Origin: Myxococcota bacterium
GTDB lineage: Bacteria > Myxococcota_A > UBA9160 > UBA4427
Direction: 5' to 3'
Length of the DNA: 64,000 nucleotides
NCBI GenBank assembly: GCA_028823175.1
Contig: JAPKBZ010000001.1
Coordinates: 96,350 to 160,349 of the forward strand
In this document: positions 62,800-64,000 of the stretch, piece by piece
Layout of the letters: each line of letters starts with the position of its first letter
How positions within the stretch are numbered: position 1 is the stretch's first letter
Made by a program: the position numbers and the translations under genes
The notes under the pieces: generated by a model
Databases searched by the model: none
What the model saw: only the letters and a program-made list of their open reading frames with translations
What the model was told of the DNA's origin: nothing

Positions 62800-64000
62800 C
62801 TAGAAAGCTCGGAAGCGCTTCTGGACATGGGCCCTGCGAACTTCGATCTCCCTCAGCCGCTCTTCTTGGCTCACCTCTCGAGTCTCCGAATGAAGATGCT
62901 TTCGAATTTCTGAAAATAGAACCTTCTTGGCTGAGAGGGTGGGCCACTGGTCAGGGGGCGGGGTCTTGGTATAGGCCCAGCGCGGAGTGAGGAAGCCCTC
63001 GTGGTGCCCTGTGGTGTCGAGCCAATTCGGGACCCCAGGGTCATGGTGCGCCACGACCAGGCGGATTACACCGTCGCTGTCGGCTTCCGTTTGCGCTCCG
63101 TTGAGGCTCCCGTAGCTGTTTGCGTACTCCATCGACTCGCCCCATAAGTTGGCGATCTGGAAGCCATAATATTGGGGTTGAATGGGTATACGGTTTTCGA
63201 TGATCAGGGCTTCGTCGGGTCCGAGTTCGAAAATACCTCCGGCGTAGAGGTTGGTGCTCATTCCGCCGCCGGTTTCACCCGCCGCGGAGTTGATCCGATT
63301 GAAGCCGTTCCGGGGGAATCCAATGCCGGGGATCGTTCCCTCCCTCGGCCCGTAGACCCCCATCAGGACCGTCCAGAACGCGTTCCAGAAGTGCATCTGC
63401 CCCCGCACCAACTCGCCACATCGTCTCAGTTCGGCGGCGGCTCTTTCCGGGCTGTACTCCGATAGGCCCGGGTCTCCTCCCAAGTGAATCAGCGAAAGGT
63501 GAATGGGCTCTTCGTTTTGCCAGTCATTGAATATCTGCCGCCCGCTGATGTAGGTGGCGAAGCGCTCAGGGGCAGCATCCGCGTCGAAGGGGTGAGGTTT
63601 TTCGACGAACCTGGCTGTCGATATGAAGTTGCCTTCGTGGCCTGTTGGTCTTTCGGGGCCAAGCAGAATTTCAAAAGAGCCGTCATCCGAAACCGCGAGA
63701 TCGCTGGAGTCGATGCGGCCGGTCATGGTTTTGACCCCAGGCGTGAGTTCTCTGAGGTCGCCAGAATCGCCCGCGAGCACTCCTGAGCTGGCCTCGAAGA
63801 TCAGATAATGGGGAGCCTTGGGACCCTCGCCGGTCGCTTCCTGGCCCCTCCATTCGCGCCAATCACCGACGTGCCCACGGATTAGATATTGCTCTCGCCC
63901 ATCGATGGGTGCGTAAAAATAAATTGCGTCAGCATTGTCGATGGTGGCCCGGTTGATTATGGATAGGGCGTTGCGAAAACTTGGACGGTTCGTGTCTTCG
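62800..64000 (-). CDS. DUF1214-type protein, N-terminus beyond the right window edge
   Basis: The track ORF 62800..63780 stays open upstream to the window end ('...EDTNRPSFRNALSIINRATIDNADAIYFYAPIDGREQYLIRGHVGDW...'). The C-terminal part has 'YYGFQIANLWGES', 'PNWLDTTGHHEGFLTPRW' and 'SEIRKHL'. The family name is recalled from memory. Confidence 0.65.
   Translation of the reverse strand, partial: EDTNRPSFRNALSIINRATIDNADAIYFYAPIDGREQYLIRGHVGDWREWRGQEATGEGPKAPHYLIFEASSGVLAGDSGDLRELTPGVKTMTGRIDSSDLAVSDDGSFEILLGPERPTGHEGNFISTARFVEKPHPFDADAAPERFATYISGRQIFNDWQNEEPIHLSLIHLGGDPGLSEYSPERAAAELRRCGELVRGQMHFWNAFWTVLMGVYGPREGTIPGIGFPRNGFNRINSAAGETGGGMSTNLYAGGIFELGPDEALIIENRIPIQPQYYGFQIANLWGESMEYANSYGSLNGAQTEADSDGVIRLVVAHHDPGVPNWLDTTGHHEGFLTPRWAYTKTPPPDQWPTLSAKKVLFSEIRKHLHSETREVSQEERLREIEVRRAHVQKRFRAF

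Noticed and set aside
1-64000. A search by eye for tRNA/rRNA genes, CRISPR arrays, transposases, integrases, phage genes, toxin-antitoxin or known defence-system components.
   Set aside because: I found none. No T-loop-like GGTTCGAAT motifs occur in intergenic DNA, there are no spacer-separated repeats, and no ORF has recombinase, nuclease or helicase motifs. I therefore do not claim that this window contains a mobile element or defence island.

Overview
This is a GC-rich (roughly 60% by eye) 64-kb chromosomal segment. It comes from a Gram-negative, probably marine or environmental heterotroph, judging by a TonB-dependent receptor, a PEP-CTERM sorting signal and several lipoprotein lipoboxes. 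I support about 57 coding features; family calls come from motif recall on the supplied translations, not from searches. Layout: (i) 1-12.8 kb is a divergent atu/liu-like acyl-CoA carboxylase catabolic cluster (3 ACADs, 2 enoyl-CoA hydratases, an NMO-type FMN enzyme, carboxyltransferase, biotin carboxylase/BCCP, AtuA-family protein, TetR). (ii) 12.8-18 kb holds two FadH/OYE-type flavin/4Fe-4S reductases flanking a SnoaL/NTF2 protein, plus an SDR. (iii) 18-33 kb is an envelope/secreted block (orphan secreted protein, type-B carboxylesterase lipoprotein, ethanolamine-type permease, cyclophilin, TonB-dependent receptor coupled to a 987-aa PEP-CTERM/P-domain protein, DUF4097-like, CBM9/DUF5916-like). 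(iv) 33-50 kb is mixed metabolism (enoyl-CoA hydratase, TauD, SDRs, ABC-F, di-iron ferritin-like protein, ABA4-like, PhyH, amidohydrolase, alkylsulfatase). (v) 50-64 kb holds YqeC, an MMPL/RND exporter, a second MBL/alkylsulfatase-like protein, GT2-like plus MiaE, PhoA, DUF1295, ADC-family and DUF1214-like genes. I found no rRNA, tRNA, CRISPR array, transposase, integrase or recognisable defence genes. The strongest signal is a split ORF at 51666-52418. It reads through as a membrane-anchored PRX-like2/AhpC-TSA redoxin whose catalytic Cys of the WCPxC motif is an in-frame TGA, followed by a SECIS-like hairpin with an apical GGUC; an orphan yqeC selenium-accessory gene lies about 460 bp away. 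The same part of the window also carries clear gene decay: a multi-lesion MFS pseudogene, a GST broken by an 8-bp tandem duplication, and a cytochrome c peroxidase C-terminal remnant. The selenocysteine reading therefore has to be weighed against simple decay. Other items worth a second look are a 716-aa lipoprotein with a lone CXXCH, a Zn-ribbon ORF translationally coupled to a 49-aa membrane peptide behind a structured leader, a MiaE plus GT2-like pair, and a degenerate G/T-rich tandem repeat in an operon junction.
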